This document shows, one piece after another, positions 41,051 to 48,755 of a stretch of 64,000 nucleotides of DNA. The translations under genes and the position numbers were made by a program. Origin of the DNA: Candidatus Bathyarchaeia archaeon (GTDB lineage: Archaea; Thermoproteota; Bathyarchaeia; Bathyarchaeales; Bathycorpusculaceae). Numbering within the stretch: position 1 is the stretch's first letter; each line of letters starts with the position of its first letter. Below the pieces are notes generated by a model. It saw nothing but the letters and a program-made list of their open reading frames with translations, searched no databases and was not told where the DNA came from. The stretch covers positions 25,267 to 89,266 of the forward strand of contig JBEKBM010000010.1 in assembly GCA_050015395.1 (NCBI GenBank), read 5' to 3'.

Positions 41051-41994
41051 GACTTGATTTCGCCAGCCTGCCCAATTTGTTTGCTGCTCTCTAGTGCCAT
41101 TTCATAGTATGTTTTAGCCTTCTTAGAATCACCCAAATTGCCGTATATTGCCCCTAAAGCGGAATAGCAAGCCGCTTCAGTCGATTTATCGCCTATTTCG
41201 AGTGCAATTTCCAAAGCCTTTCGATAATTTGATTTGGCTGCCTCAAAATCCTTTTGGGTAACATTGACATCACCAATGGCAACATAACATGCCGACTGCA
41301 GTGTTCGGTCACAGATCTCAGTGGCAAGACTTAGAGACTTTTTGTAGTACTCAATTGCCTTCTCGTTGTCTTCGAGAGAATGGTATATATCCCCCAGATT
41401 GATGTAACCCTTTGCTTGACCTGCTCGATTGCCTATTTGTAATGCTATTTCAAGCGCTTCTTTTTGGTATTTAACCGCTTTTGTTAAGTCTCCTATGTTT
41501 CGATAGATGACACCGATATTACCAATTGCTAATGACTCACCAATTTTGTCCTTCGTCTCAATGGTTATAGCCAGGGCTTGCTCGTAATTTTTCAGAGCCT
41601 TTTCAAACATGTTTAAATTCGAATAAACATTACCAATGTTCAAATAAGATTTCGCAAGAATCATTTTATCCTGAATTTGTGTTTCGAGTGCTTTCTCCAA
41701 ATAAGTAAGGGCGACCTTTAAATCATCCAAAAAATACTCGGCATAGCCTAAATTCACGTATGTTTGTGCTTCCCCTAATTTGTCGCCAGTCTTAATATAG
41801 AAAACCAAAGCTCTTTTCCAAGAAAGCACAGCGAATTTATACTTCAAGTTATCGAGAAGAACTTTCCCAATTTCAGAAAGTAAAAGGGCTTTTTCTTTAG
41901 GGTCCGGATACTTTTTTTCGATTAAACTAAGAAAATCCTCAAAATTCTCCTGACTTTCAGCGGTAGCTAATATTGCTCGGTCTATTTCACTCAT
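41047..41994 (-). CDS. Tetratricopeptide-repeat protein (about 40-aa TPR units)
   Basis: Repeated NLG/NIG..Y...A..Y..AL.IA..IGD units. Confidence 0.9.
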   Translation of the reverse strand: MSEIDRAILATAESQENFEDFLSLIEKKYPDPKEKALLLSEIGKVLLDNLKYKFAVLSWKRALVFYIKTGDKLGEAQTYVNLGYAEYFLDDLKVALTYLEKALETQIQDKMILAKSYLNIGNVYSNLNMFEKALKNYEQALAITIETKDKIGESLAIGNIGVIYRNIGDLTKAVKYQKEALEIALQIGNRAGQAKGYINLGDIYHSLEDNEKAIEYYKKSLSLATEICDRTLQSACYVAIGDVNVTQKDFEAAKSNYRKALEIALEIGDKSTEAACYSALGAIYGNLGDSKKAKTYYEMALESSKQIGQAGEIKS

Positions 41995-42232
41995 TTTATC
42001 AACCGTTTTGCTGGCGATTGATTAATATCTTCTTTTTCTTAAAAAGCTTTAATTTACCTGATCTTAAGGTTGTACCTTATTGTTTGAGGTTATACGAGGG
42101 CAACGCAAAACTGCAACAATATTGATAGTTCTCCAGTGAACTGAGCAAGAAGCTGAGCTATCGCTTAAACTCCCCCGCCAACAATAATTGTAGATTGGCA
42201 ATTTCTATTCTTCTACGCAATAGGGTACTTGT

Positions 42233-42263
42233 GAAGGCGGTTACAAACAACACACCAAGCCCA
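42233..42263 (+). repeat. Diverged copy of rnpB 3' end
   Basis: GAAGGCGG-TTACAAACAACACACCAAGCCCA vs native GAAGGCGGGTTACAACCAACACACCACGCCCA (40578-40609). Confidence 0.9.
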
Positions 42264-42489
42264 AAAACAAGCTTTTTGTCTTTTCCTTTTTGCTAGCTTC
42301 TTTTCAAACTGATTCATGTTTTTAAAACAACAACTTGCGCTTTTGAAAGGAAAGAAACCTAAAGCACGTTAGTCTAAAACAATCCATTGTAGTAATTTTT
42401 ACTGTTTTCTGTCAAAAAGCGATTTATACACTAGCGCTAGTGTTGTTGTTGTTATGTTTAACGCTACGGGGAAAGGGCGGCAAGGAAAA

Positions 42490-43005
42490 ATGAGCTATGC
42501 AAATATCGTTGATATTTTGACAATTATTTTCGGAAGTAGTGCATTAATAACCCTGATAGGTTATGCTTTTCAATATAATCAACACAAGTCAGAAAAAGAT
42601 TTTGAAGCAAGGAAAGTAGCACAAGAGTACTACATGACACTATATGGTTACATCGGCGTTTTAGACGAACTAACGAAAAGCTATCTTAGAAGCATTCAAG
42701 ATGGGAAAGCAGAAGTTTTCTCGTATGACAATGGTTTAATTGAGGTTCAAACGTCCGAGAAAATACTTGATAACTACAAGAATAAGTATGTTAACTTTGC
42801 TAGTTTTTACCTTAAGAAATCATGCGAAGGCTACGAGATCTTTGTATCAAAAAAACTCAAAGGGTTATTGATAAAATTTTGGAAAACAGCCAAGATTTTT
42901 TATGACGAACCCTCAAGCCTGAAAAATAAACAGACAGTTGAGAAATTCAATAATGCCGCGAAAGAAACAACCGACAGTATGGAAAAATTATTCGGATTAA
43001 AGTAA
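42490..43005 (+). CDS. hypothetical protein with N-terminal TM
   Basis: AT-rich ORF, one TM then a helical domain. Confidence 0.7.
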   Translation: MSYANIVDILTIIFGSSALITLIGYAFQYNQHKSEKDFEARKVAQEYYMTLYGYIGVLDELTKSYLRSIQDGKAEVFSYDNGLIEVQTSEKILDNYKNKYVNFASFYLKKSCEGYEIFVSKKLKGLLIKFWKTAKIFYDEPSSLKNKQTVEKFNNAAKETTDSMEKLFGLK

Positions 43006-43091
43006 GAGGTATGTAGGCATGCGATTGGAAGAAAAAAATGTTTTCTTAGAAAGAATTTCACTATCTGATTTAGCAAATAAGCAAGCACGAG

Positions 43092-43292
43092 GTGATACGA
43101 ATGACGAGAGAAAACGTGTCATACGATAATGTGGAAATTAAGAAATCTCGAATTTCTATGGATAGCATGAGGCAACCAATGATTCAAGGCGGCAGAATTT
43201 CCCTTGGGAATATTTCAGACGAATCACGAATATCTTATACTAACCTTTCTAACAAGTCTCAGGGTCAGGCGAAAAACACAGGCAAAAAATAG
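43092..43292 (+). CDS. hypothetical small protein
   Basis: GAGGTGA RBS; 66 aa with recurring (S/G)RIS. Confidence 0.45.
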   Translation: MIRMTRENVSYDNVEIKKSRISMDSMRQPMIQGGRISLGNISDESRISYTNLSNKSQGQAKNTGKK

Positions 43293-43375
43293 CTAACATT
43301 AAAGGCAATGGATAATAAGGCGAGCAATGTCGCAACAAAAAAGAAAAAAAGCGTTGGAGATAAAAACCGCTTCTT

Positions 43376-43870
43376 TTATTTGTTTTCACTTGTTTTAACC
43401 TTTATTACAACGGCACCGGTAACTATTGCAATCAACGCTACAATAATGAGGGATATGGGGAACTCTGGAACTGATGGCGTGGGTGTAGCTGTTGCTTGTT
43501 GAGCTTCTACGGTTATTGTATAGCTATCTAAGTTGGCTGCGCTTATTTTGAGGTAGTAGCTGCCTGGTTGCATGTTGTGTTCGTAATTAACGCCGCTATT
43601 TTGGTTTGATTGTGCCATGATGCTGTCTACGGGCAGGTTGTTGCCTTGCTGGTAAACGTCTATGTAGAATGCTGCGTATGTTGGGGTTGAGCTGCTGTAG
43701 GTCCAATTGAGAAGCCATTCGCTGCTGGGTACGTTGAAGTAGTTGGTTGTTTGGTCACTGGCGCCTGTTATAGTTGTTACTTGCTGGTAAGTTTGTGCAC
43801 TTACGAAGCCAGCGGTCGCAAGAACCGTAATTGCTAATATGATTAAGGTTGCTCTTTTTTGATTTTTCAT
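43376..43870 (-). CDS. Secreted protein with PEF-CTERM-like (VPEFP + TM + basic tail) sorting signal
   Basis: Signal peptide MKNQKRATLII...VSA; ATPTPSVPEFP, TM helix, KVKTSENK. Confidence 0.82.
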   Translation of the reverse strand: MKNQKRATLIILAITVLATAGFVSAQTYQQVTTITGASDQTTNYFNVPSSEWLLNWTYSSSTPTYAAFYIDVYQQGNNLPVDSIMAQSNQNSGVNYEHNMQPGSYYLKISAANLDSYTITVEAQQATATPTPSVPEFPISLIIVALIAIVTGAVVIKVKTSENK

Positions 43871-44012
43871 TTTTTGTTCATTCCCTATTTTCTCGCTGTG
43901 TATTCTATACACAAAAATGCACCGCTTCTCTGTTTGTCAGGGATTCTTTTTAAGTCTTGTGTATGAGTGAGTACGTTTGAGTATTAACGCAATAAACAAG
44001 GAGGGTGAAAAC

Positions 44013-44195
44013 TTGACTGAAAAAGAGACGATTGAAAGCATGGCAAAAATCAGGCTTCAAGTAACGGTAAGAGAAGACCTTGTAAAGTATATAGATGAAC
44101 AGGTGGAAAAACTCAGGTTTGCAAGCAGATCACACGCTATCGAATACGCATTAACTCAACTAAAGGAAAAGGACAGACAAGAAAAAAGAGCTTAA
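44013..44195 (+). CDS. CopG/ribbon-helix-helix DNA-binding protein
   Basis: RLQVTVREDLVKYIDEQVEKLRFASRSHAIEYAL; GGAGGGTG RBS. Confidence 0.85.
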   Translation: MTEKETIESMAKIRLQVTVREDLVKYIDEQVEKLRFASRSHAIEYALTQLKEKDRQEKRA

Positions 44196-44331
44196 GGCAG
44201 GCATTTAATGCTCGCAAGCGGTTTCAACTAGTTATTAAGAGCGCTCATGTGCAATTCAAGTAGTAGATATCAATTACCGATAATTAGCTGTTAATCGGAG
44301 AAAGAGTTTCTTACAAGCCCATAAATGTTTA

Positions 44332-44393
44332 AAACGTTTGTCCTGTAAGTTGAAAGGGCAAAGAGAAGGCGGGTTACAACCAACGCACCAGCC
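44332..44393 (+). repeat. Internally deleted copy of rnpB 3' region
   Basis: AAACG...GTCCTGTAAGTTGAAAGGGCAAA (matches 40481-40511) joined to AGAAGGCGGGTTACAACCAACGCACCAGCC (matches 40577-40607). Confidence 0.92.
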
Positions 44394-44414
44394 TCCCAAA
44401 CTTAGAGTGCTTGG

Positions 44415-44586
44415 TTAGACGATTTTTATGTTGTGTTTACCAACACTGGCGAGTTTTTGGTCTCTTGTTAGTAAAACCTCATCGTGGGCCAGTGAAATAC
44501 CCGCAGTAAGCAAATCGTTCTCATTAATCAATCTTCCAGCATCCTGTAGCTCTTCAAAAAGCATGGCGGCTTTTTTGGCGGCTGCT
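44415..44586 (-). pseudogene. C-terminal half of a VapC/PIN toxin
   Basis: AAAKKAAMLFEELQDAGRLINENDLLTAGISLAHDEVLLTRDQKL; N-terminal half absent. Confidence 0.8.
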
Positions 44587-44589
44587 TAG

Positions 44590-44925
44590 TCACTCAAATG
44601 TCCTTCCGTAATTTGCCTCTCTTTCGGCAGCTATTTGCTGCTTTAATCGCTCCAGTTTCTCCTTATCATCCTTTAAGATGCCAGCCAAGCGCATGATGTC
44701 CCCTTTATCTTCTCCGCGTAGTTTTTTTTGATACTTGACTGGGTCTCCATAAAGACCTTTTCCAATCCCCTTTAATTCGGCTACGGGGTCAACTGGTTTT
44801 AGAAACAAGCCCTCATTCGTGGCGCTTATCTCGAGAATTGTGTGGCTTTTAATGTTGAATCTTTCTCGGAGGTTATTAGGAAGAACTATTTGACCACGCT
44901 TGCCAACTTTTACTTTCTGAGACAT
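44590..44925 (-). CDS. AbrB/MazE-type antitoxin, apparently fused to a second VapB-type tail
   Basis: KVGKRGQIVLP...EGLFLKP AbrB fold, followed by DIMRLAGIL...EREAN. Confidence 0.8.
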   Translation of the reverse strand: MSQKVKVGKRGQIVLPNNLRERFNIKSHTILEISATNEGLFLKPVDPVAELKGIGKGLYGDPVKYQKKLRGEDKGDIMRLAGILKDDKEKLERLKQQIAAEREANYGRTFE

Positions 44926-44998
44926 CTTGCGTCAAGCTATAAACTGTAAATTCGGGAAATAACCTTTGTGGCAGATCACACGGTCTATACCTAGTGGC

Positions 44999-45047
44999 GC
45001 CGAAATAAAACCAAAAAGAATGCGGTTTACAGCCTACACTTCCTGCC
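44999..45047 (+). repeat. Degenerate copy of rnpB 3' end
   Basis: AGAATGCGGTTTACAGCCTACAC vs AGAAGGCGGGTTACAACCAACAC (19/23); upstream GCCGAA at near-native spacing. Confidence 0.7.
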
Positions 45048-45065
45048 TGCTTATATCCTGAGGCT

Positions 45066-45389
45066 CTAACTTCTGAGTGCAGTAAGTTGGTTGTTTTTGA
45101 GTTTGTAAATTATGAATGTATCGGGGTCTGTTTTGTTTATAGACCGCTTTGTTCTCCACATGCTGCCCGCTTGGTAGGTAAGTTGATGTTTTATTAGTAT
45201 TTCTTGTATGCATTTTTTTGTTTCTTCATCGAGGGCTGTTTTTATAGTAATTTGATACCCGCCCATCGTTGACGAAGAGACGTTAGGTGATGATAATTCC
45301 AAATAATGGCCATCAAGACCACGGCAATTGTCAAGAAGTTCCTTCAGAACCGATATTGCTTCTTCCCGTTTCAAAACAATCCCTAACAA
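45066..45389 (-). CDS. hypothetical protein
   Basis: 107-aa ORF ending 19 bp from an rnpB-like repeat. Confidence 0.6.
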   Translation of the reverse strand: MLGIVLKREEAISVLKELLDNCRGLDGHYLELSSPNVSSSTMGGYQITIKTALDEETKKCIQEILIKHQLTYQAGSMWRTKRSINKTDPDTFIIYKLKNNQLTALRS

Positions 45390-45491
45390 CTCTCTTAGGA
45401 ACTTCTCATAAAAAAGATTCGGTAAGAGGGAAGATGACGTTTAGGCGCTCAACCGAAAATAATACATTGATGTCTAGCTTCAATACTAAGT

Positions 45492-45965
45492 GTGACCCAT
45501 TTGTCGAAAAAGGAATACGATACCCTTGAAGTTGTGCCGCATGTCGATCTAAAAAAGTACTTGGGCAAATGGTATGAGATAGCACGTCTTCCCGCCAGAT
45601 TTGAAGAAGGCTGTTCCGATATAACAGCAACTTACTCTCTACGTGAAGATGGCACTATATCTGTGCTCAACGAATGCAAAAGGAACGGCAAAGTGAAACG
45701 GGCAAAGGGCAAGGCAAAAGTGGTTGACAAGAACACTGGAGCGAAACTTAAAGTAACATTCTTCTGGCCATTTTACGGTGACTACTGGATCATAAATTTG
45801 GGGAAAGACTACGATTACGCCGTTGTAGGCACACCAAACCGCAAGTACCTTTGGATACTAAGCAGAACCCCACAAATGGACGACAAGCTATTTTCCCAAT
45901 TAATAGAACTTGTAAAGTCAAAAGGTTTCGATGTTACAAACCTTATTAGAACCAGCCATACCTAA
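45492..45965 (+). CDS. Lipocalin (Blc-like), no signal peptide
   Basis: YLGKWYEIAR, DYWII...DYDYAVVG and LWILSRTP motifs. Confidence 0.92.
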   Translation: MTHLSKKEYDTLEVVPHVDLKKYLGKWYEIARLPARFEEGCSDITATYSLREDGTISVLNECKRNGKVKRAKGKAKVVDKNTGAKLKVTFFWPFYGDYWIINLGKDYDYAVVGTPNRKYLWILSRTPQMDDKLFSQLIELVKSKGFDVTNLIRTSHT

Positions 45966-46176
45966 TGAAAAAACCTATCCATTCTGAGTTTCAACGCTTT
46001 TTTTCAAGCCAGCAAACGAAGAAAGAAAGGGTCATGTGTGAATGCGTTATTTTCTTAACCAAACGCTAAATATCCATTAGAGAAAACCCTGTAAAAGCTT
46101 ATAACTAGATACCACAAAAAGAACACAGGGATTAAAAATGAGTGAAGAAATAAGTAGAAAAAAATTACTAAGCCCA

Positions 46177-46209
46177 AAGGCGGGTTACAACCAGCACACC
46201 AGCCCACAG
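46177..46209 (+). repeat. Copy of rnpB 3' end
   Basis: AAGGCGGGTTACAACCAGCACACCAGCCCACAG. Confidence 0.92.
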
Positions 46210-46393
46210 CTAAACTCATCTACGGTTTCGGTTTTCTAAAAATCACGATTTTTTGTTATGTAAACGAAGCAGAAACCACATTAGGCTACAGTTTCGTTAG
46301 TAACTATCAAGGGATATCTTACGAAGCCAGCTTAGATTTGGATAATAATATTAGCATCGAAAATTTTTTACCGCAGAATAGCGTATTAACAGT

Positions 46394-46618
46394 TTGAGGG
46401 TGTATATTATGGCTGTACTCGAATGCCCCTTCTGTTATGAACTCCTTGAAGTTGAGCCGCCTGATAGACTCCATACAGCATATTCATCAGTAAAGCCAAT
46501 ACTAAATAGTTACTATGGCGATATTGTGAAAAAGAAATATAAGTGCCAAAACCCAAACTGCAAAAAGTCAATTACAGCTTTCTGGTATGCGCCACTAGAA
46601 TACTTCAGCCGAATATGA
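46394..46618 (+). CDS. Small Zn-ribbon protein
   Basis: CPFC...CQNPNC. Confidence 0.65.
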   Translation: MRVYIMAVLECPFCYELLEVEPPDRLHTAYSSVKPILNSYYGDIVKKKYKCQNPNCKKSITAFWYAPLEYFSRI

Positions 46619-46770
46619 CGACTCCAAATAACTCATATGAATAACCGACCAGCATCAGCTCTTTTGCAGAAACTTAGGTGCCTTCTCGGATACAACCACT
46701 AATTTCCTGCGTAAATGGATAGAAACCTTAAATCTAAATTGAATCTAATAGAGATAGAGGCTGAAATTTC

Positions 46771-46983
46771 ATGGCAGACAATGTTTTGGTGGAAGTAAGT
46801 GTAAGCCGGGACAAAGGCGAAATTGTGTACAAGGTTGATTGCTCTAGTAACTTAACAAATGAAGAACTCGAATATTACCTTAAAGAAATAATTGAAGGTA
46901 TATGCAAATGGAAACCAGGCGTTTGTGAAGAAACAGTGAAAAGCTTTAAAGGAACAATCAGAAAAAGGAAAACAAACAAATAA
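46771..46983 (+). CDS. hypothetical small protein
   Basis: ATG ORF with GAGG RBS and upstream TATA-like motif. Confidence 0.55.
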   Translation: MADNVLVEVSVSRDKGEIVYKVDCSSNLTNEELEYYLKEIIEGICKWKPGVCEETVKSFKGTIRKRKTNK

Positions 46984-47092
46984 TCCAAACCAAATTAAGA
47001 AACAATCATTTATATTTTTTCAAGATTTGACCTAATAACCTTACTTGCGAGAAAAAAAGGATTAACTATCCGAGAAATTTGACTCTTAGGTT

Positions 47093-47413
47093 TTACCTGT
47101 TATATTTGGGACGTTTGGATTCTCTGAGCCAAAATTGAGGGTCATCAACCAATATGACCTGAACCTCAACGACATTTCTGGGACTTGTTATTGCGGCGCG
47201 GAATTTCGGGGATAAATCTGTGTTACTTAGAAATGCCATTCTGGACTCTTCCAACTGATCCGCGATGCGCTCAGCTTTTTTGTTTGCGTAGCCGCGGTAC
47301 TTTACGCTTTTTCCTTCAACGATAGCTTTATCGAAAGCCTCTTTACTGCACTGTACCAGTTTGGCGCCGTCTCGGATGAACCAGCAGGCAAGAGTTGGAG
47401 AAGTCTTGGTCAT
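47093..47413 (-). CDS. hypothetical protein
   Basis: 106-aa ATG ORF. Confidence 0.6.
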   Translation of the reverse strand: MTKTSPTLACWFIRDGAKLVQCSKEAFDKAIVEGKSVKYRGYANKKAERIADQLEESRMAFLSNTDLSPKFRAAITSPRNVVEVQVILVDDPQFWLRESKRPKYNR

Positions 47414-47644
47414 AATAATCTGTTAGCAATATCGTTTAGGTGACTCTTAATTAACATTTTCATTGCAAACAGAAAGATGCGCCTCAGAAGTCGAATTTAA
47501 AGCAAATCATCTCAGGAACTGAAATCCCGCTTCAGACTGACGTGTTTATCATCATAGGCACTTCAAAACGATAAATCGGAAAAAAGAGGCTTAGTTTTGC
47601 TAAACGGTTAATCACTTTTCAATACGAATAATAATCCTGTGATG

Positions 47645-47761
47645 TTAACGTTTGATGATGAGCATATGGCCCTTATGGTTAACAATTCTGTGGATTCTTA
47701 GCTCTTCAGGATTATTAAATTTCGCTGAACAGATTCTGCATTTATACGATTCTCCAAACAT
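47645..47761 (-). CDS. Stand-alone classical C2H2 zinc-finger mini-protein (not in ORF track)
   Basis: MFGESYKCRICSAKFNNPEELRIHRIVNHKGHMLIIKR = Y-x-C-x2-C-x3-F-x5-L-x2-H-x4-H; alternative TTG starts at 47782/47788 after GGAGAAGG. Confidence 0.8.
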   Translation of the reverse strand: MFGESYKCRICSAKFNNPEELRIHRIVNHKGHMLIIKR

Positions 47762-47919
47762 GACTTTGTTATCCAGTATCAAACTCAACCTTCTCCCTAT
47801 TGGCTTTGCAAAAATCGCTTCTTACAAGCCATCTTAAAGAGCAACTAAGCCACTTATAAACAAATGATAAATTCCTGCTAAACCGCCATACCTTTCGTTG
47901 AATTGTGTTAAAATTCTTC

Positions 47920-48141
47920 TCAGATTTTTTTTTGATATTTGACTGGGTCTCCGAAAACGCCTTTTCCAAGCCCTTTCATCTCAGCTATCGGATTGAAAGG
48001 TTTCAAAAGTAAGCCTTCCCCTGTTTCCTCAATCTCTAAAATTATTCCCTTTTCTATTTTAAATTTTCTGCGAAGTTTTTGGGGAATAACCACTTGCCCA
48101 CGTGTACCAACTTTAGGTGTATCGACAAAGTGTATCAACAA
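47920..48141 (-). CDS. Second AbrB/MazE-type antitoxin (paralog of 44590-44925), possibly truncated, no toxin
   Basis: KVGTRGQVVIP...EGLLLKPFNPIAEMKGLGKGVFGDPVKYQKKI*; TGA where the paralog has Arg. Confidence 0.72.
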   Translation of the reverse strand: MLIHFVDTPKVGTRGQVVIPQKLRRKFKIEKGIILEIEETGEGLLLKPFNPIAEMKGLGKGVFGDPVKYQKKI

Positions 48142-48173
48142 AATGTATTGACATTTGACCCCCCGGTAGGTAG
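48117..48173 (+). repeat. 3 x 13-bp tandem repeat followed by CCGGTAGGTAG
   Basis: gtgtatcgacaaa gtgtatcaacaaa atgtattgacatt tgaccccccggtaggtag. Confidence 0.75.
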
Positions 48174-48394
48174 TAGACTACAAACGTATATTTCGGTCCT
48201 GTTGAAACCACGGCAATAGAAGACCTAAATGCCAAAGACACGAAGCGCCTCAGAACGCATTTTAATTTCAAGTCATCTTTTGGGAAACAGCAGTAAGCTG
48301 AAACCCTCATCCAAACGTGCAATTATCTTCATTGGCGCCATTAATACTTTCGCAGTCTTGTTAAAATCGGTAGCTAACGTAAATATCTGCGTAT

Positions 48395-48447
48395 GCCGAT
48401 GAGTCCACCTGCCTGAAAACAAGGGTAGCCCCCGATTAGCCGAATGC
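48395..48447 (+). repeat. Diverged internal fragment of rnpB
   Basis: GCCGATGA...CCTGAA....GGGTAGCCC(CC)GATTAGCCGAATGC vs native 40517-40566. Confidence 0.88.
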
Positions 48448-48755
48448 AACACTAATTCATAATTCAATTACCCGTCTTCAGCGATAAGTAAAAGGGGTAC
48501 TCTTTTAGCTCGAAAAATAAGTTAACAAAAAGACATGGAGGGGCAGGGCAGGTCTATTTAGCTAGTGAAACCAGTCTAAAAAGAGAAGGGGAGGACAACT
48601 CATTTTTGCTCGCGAATTTCTTAGTCGAAAATGAGGTACCGGCAGGGCAGGCACACTATTGATGAAGATTCCTCGGCAAAAAATGCAGGTATCCCTCTCG
48701 AGGAGTTATCAGCTTTCTGGAAAAAAAGAAATTTTAAAAGCAGCAATTATTATTA

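Noticed and set aside
40578-46209. CRISPR array interpretation of the ~32-bp repeats
   Set aside because: Spacing is 0.6-2.2 kb with whole genes between, the repeats are rnpB sequence, and no cas genes are present.
46686-46700. GGATACAACCA as another rnpB 3' copy
   Set aside because: The match is too short to distinguish from chance.
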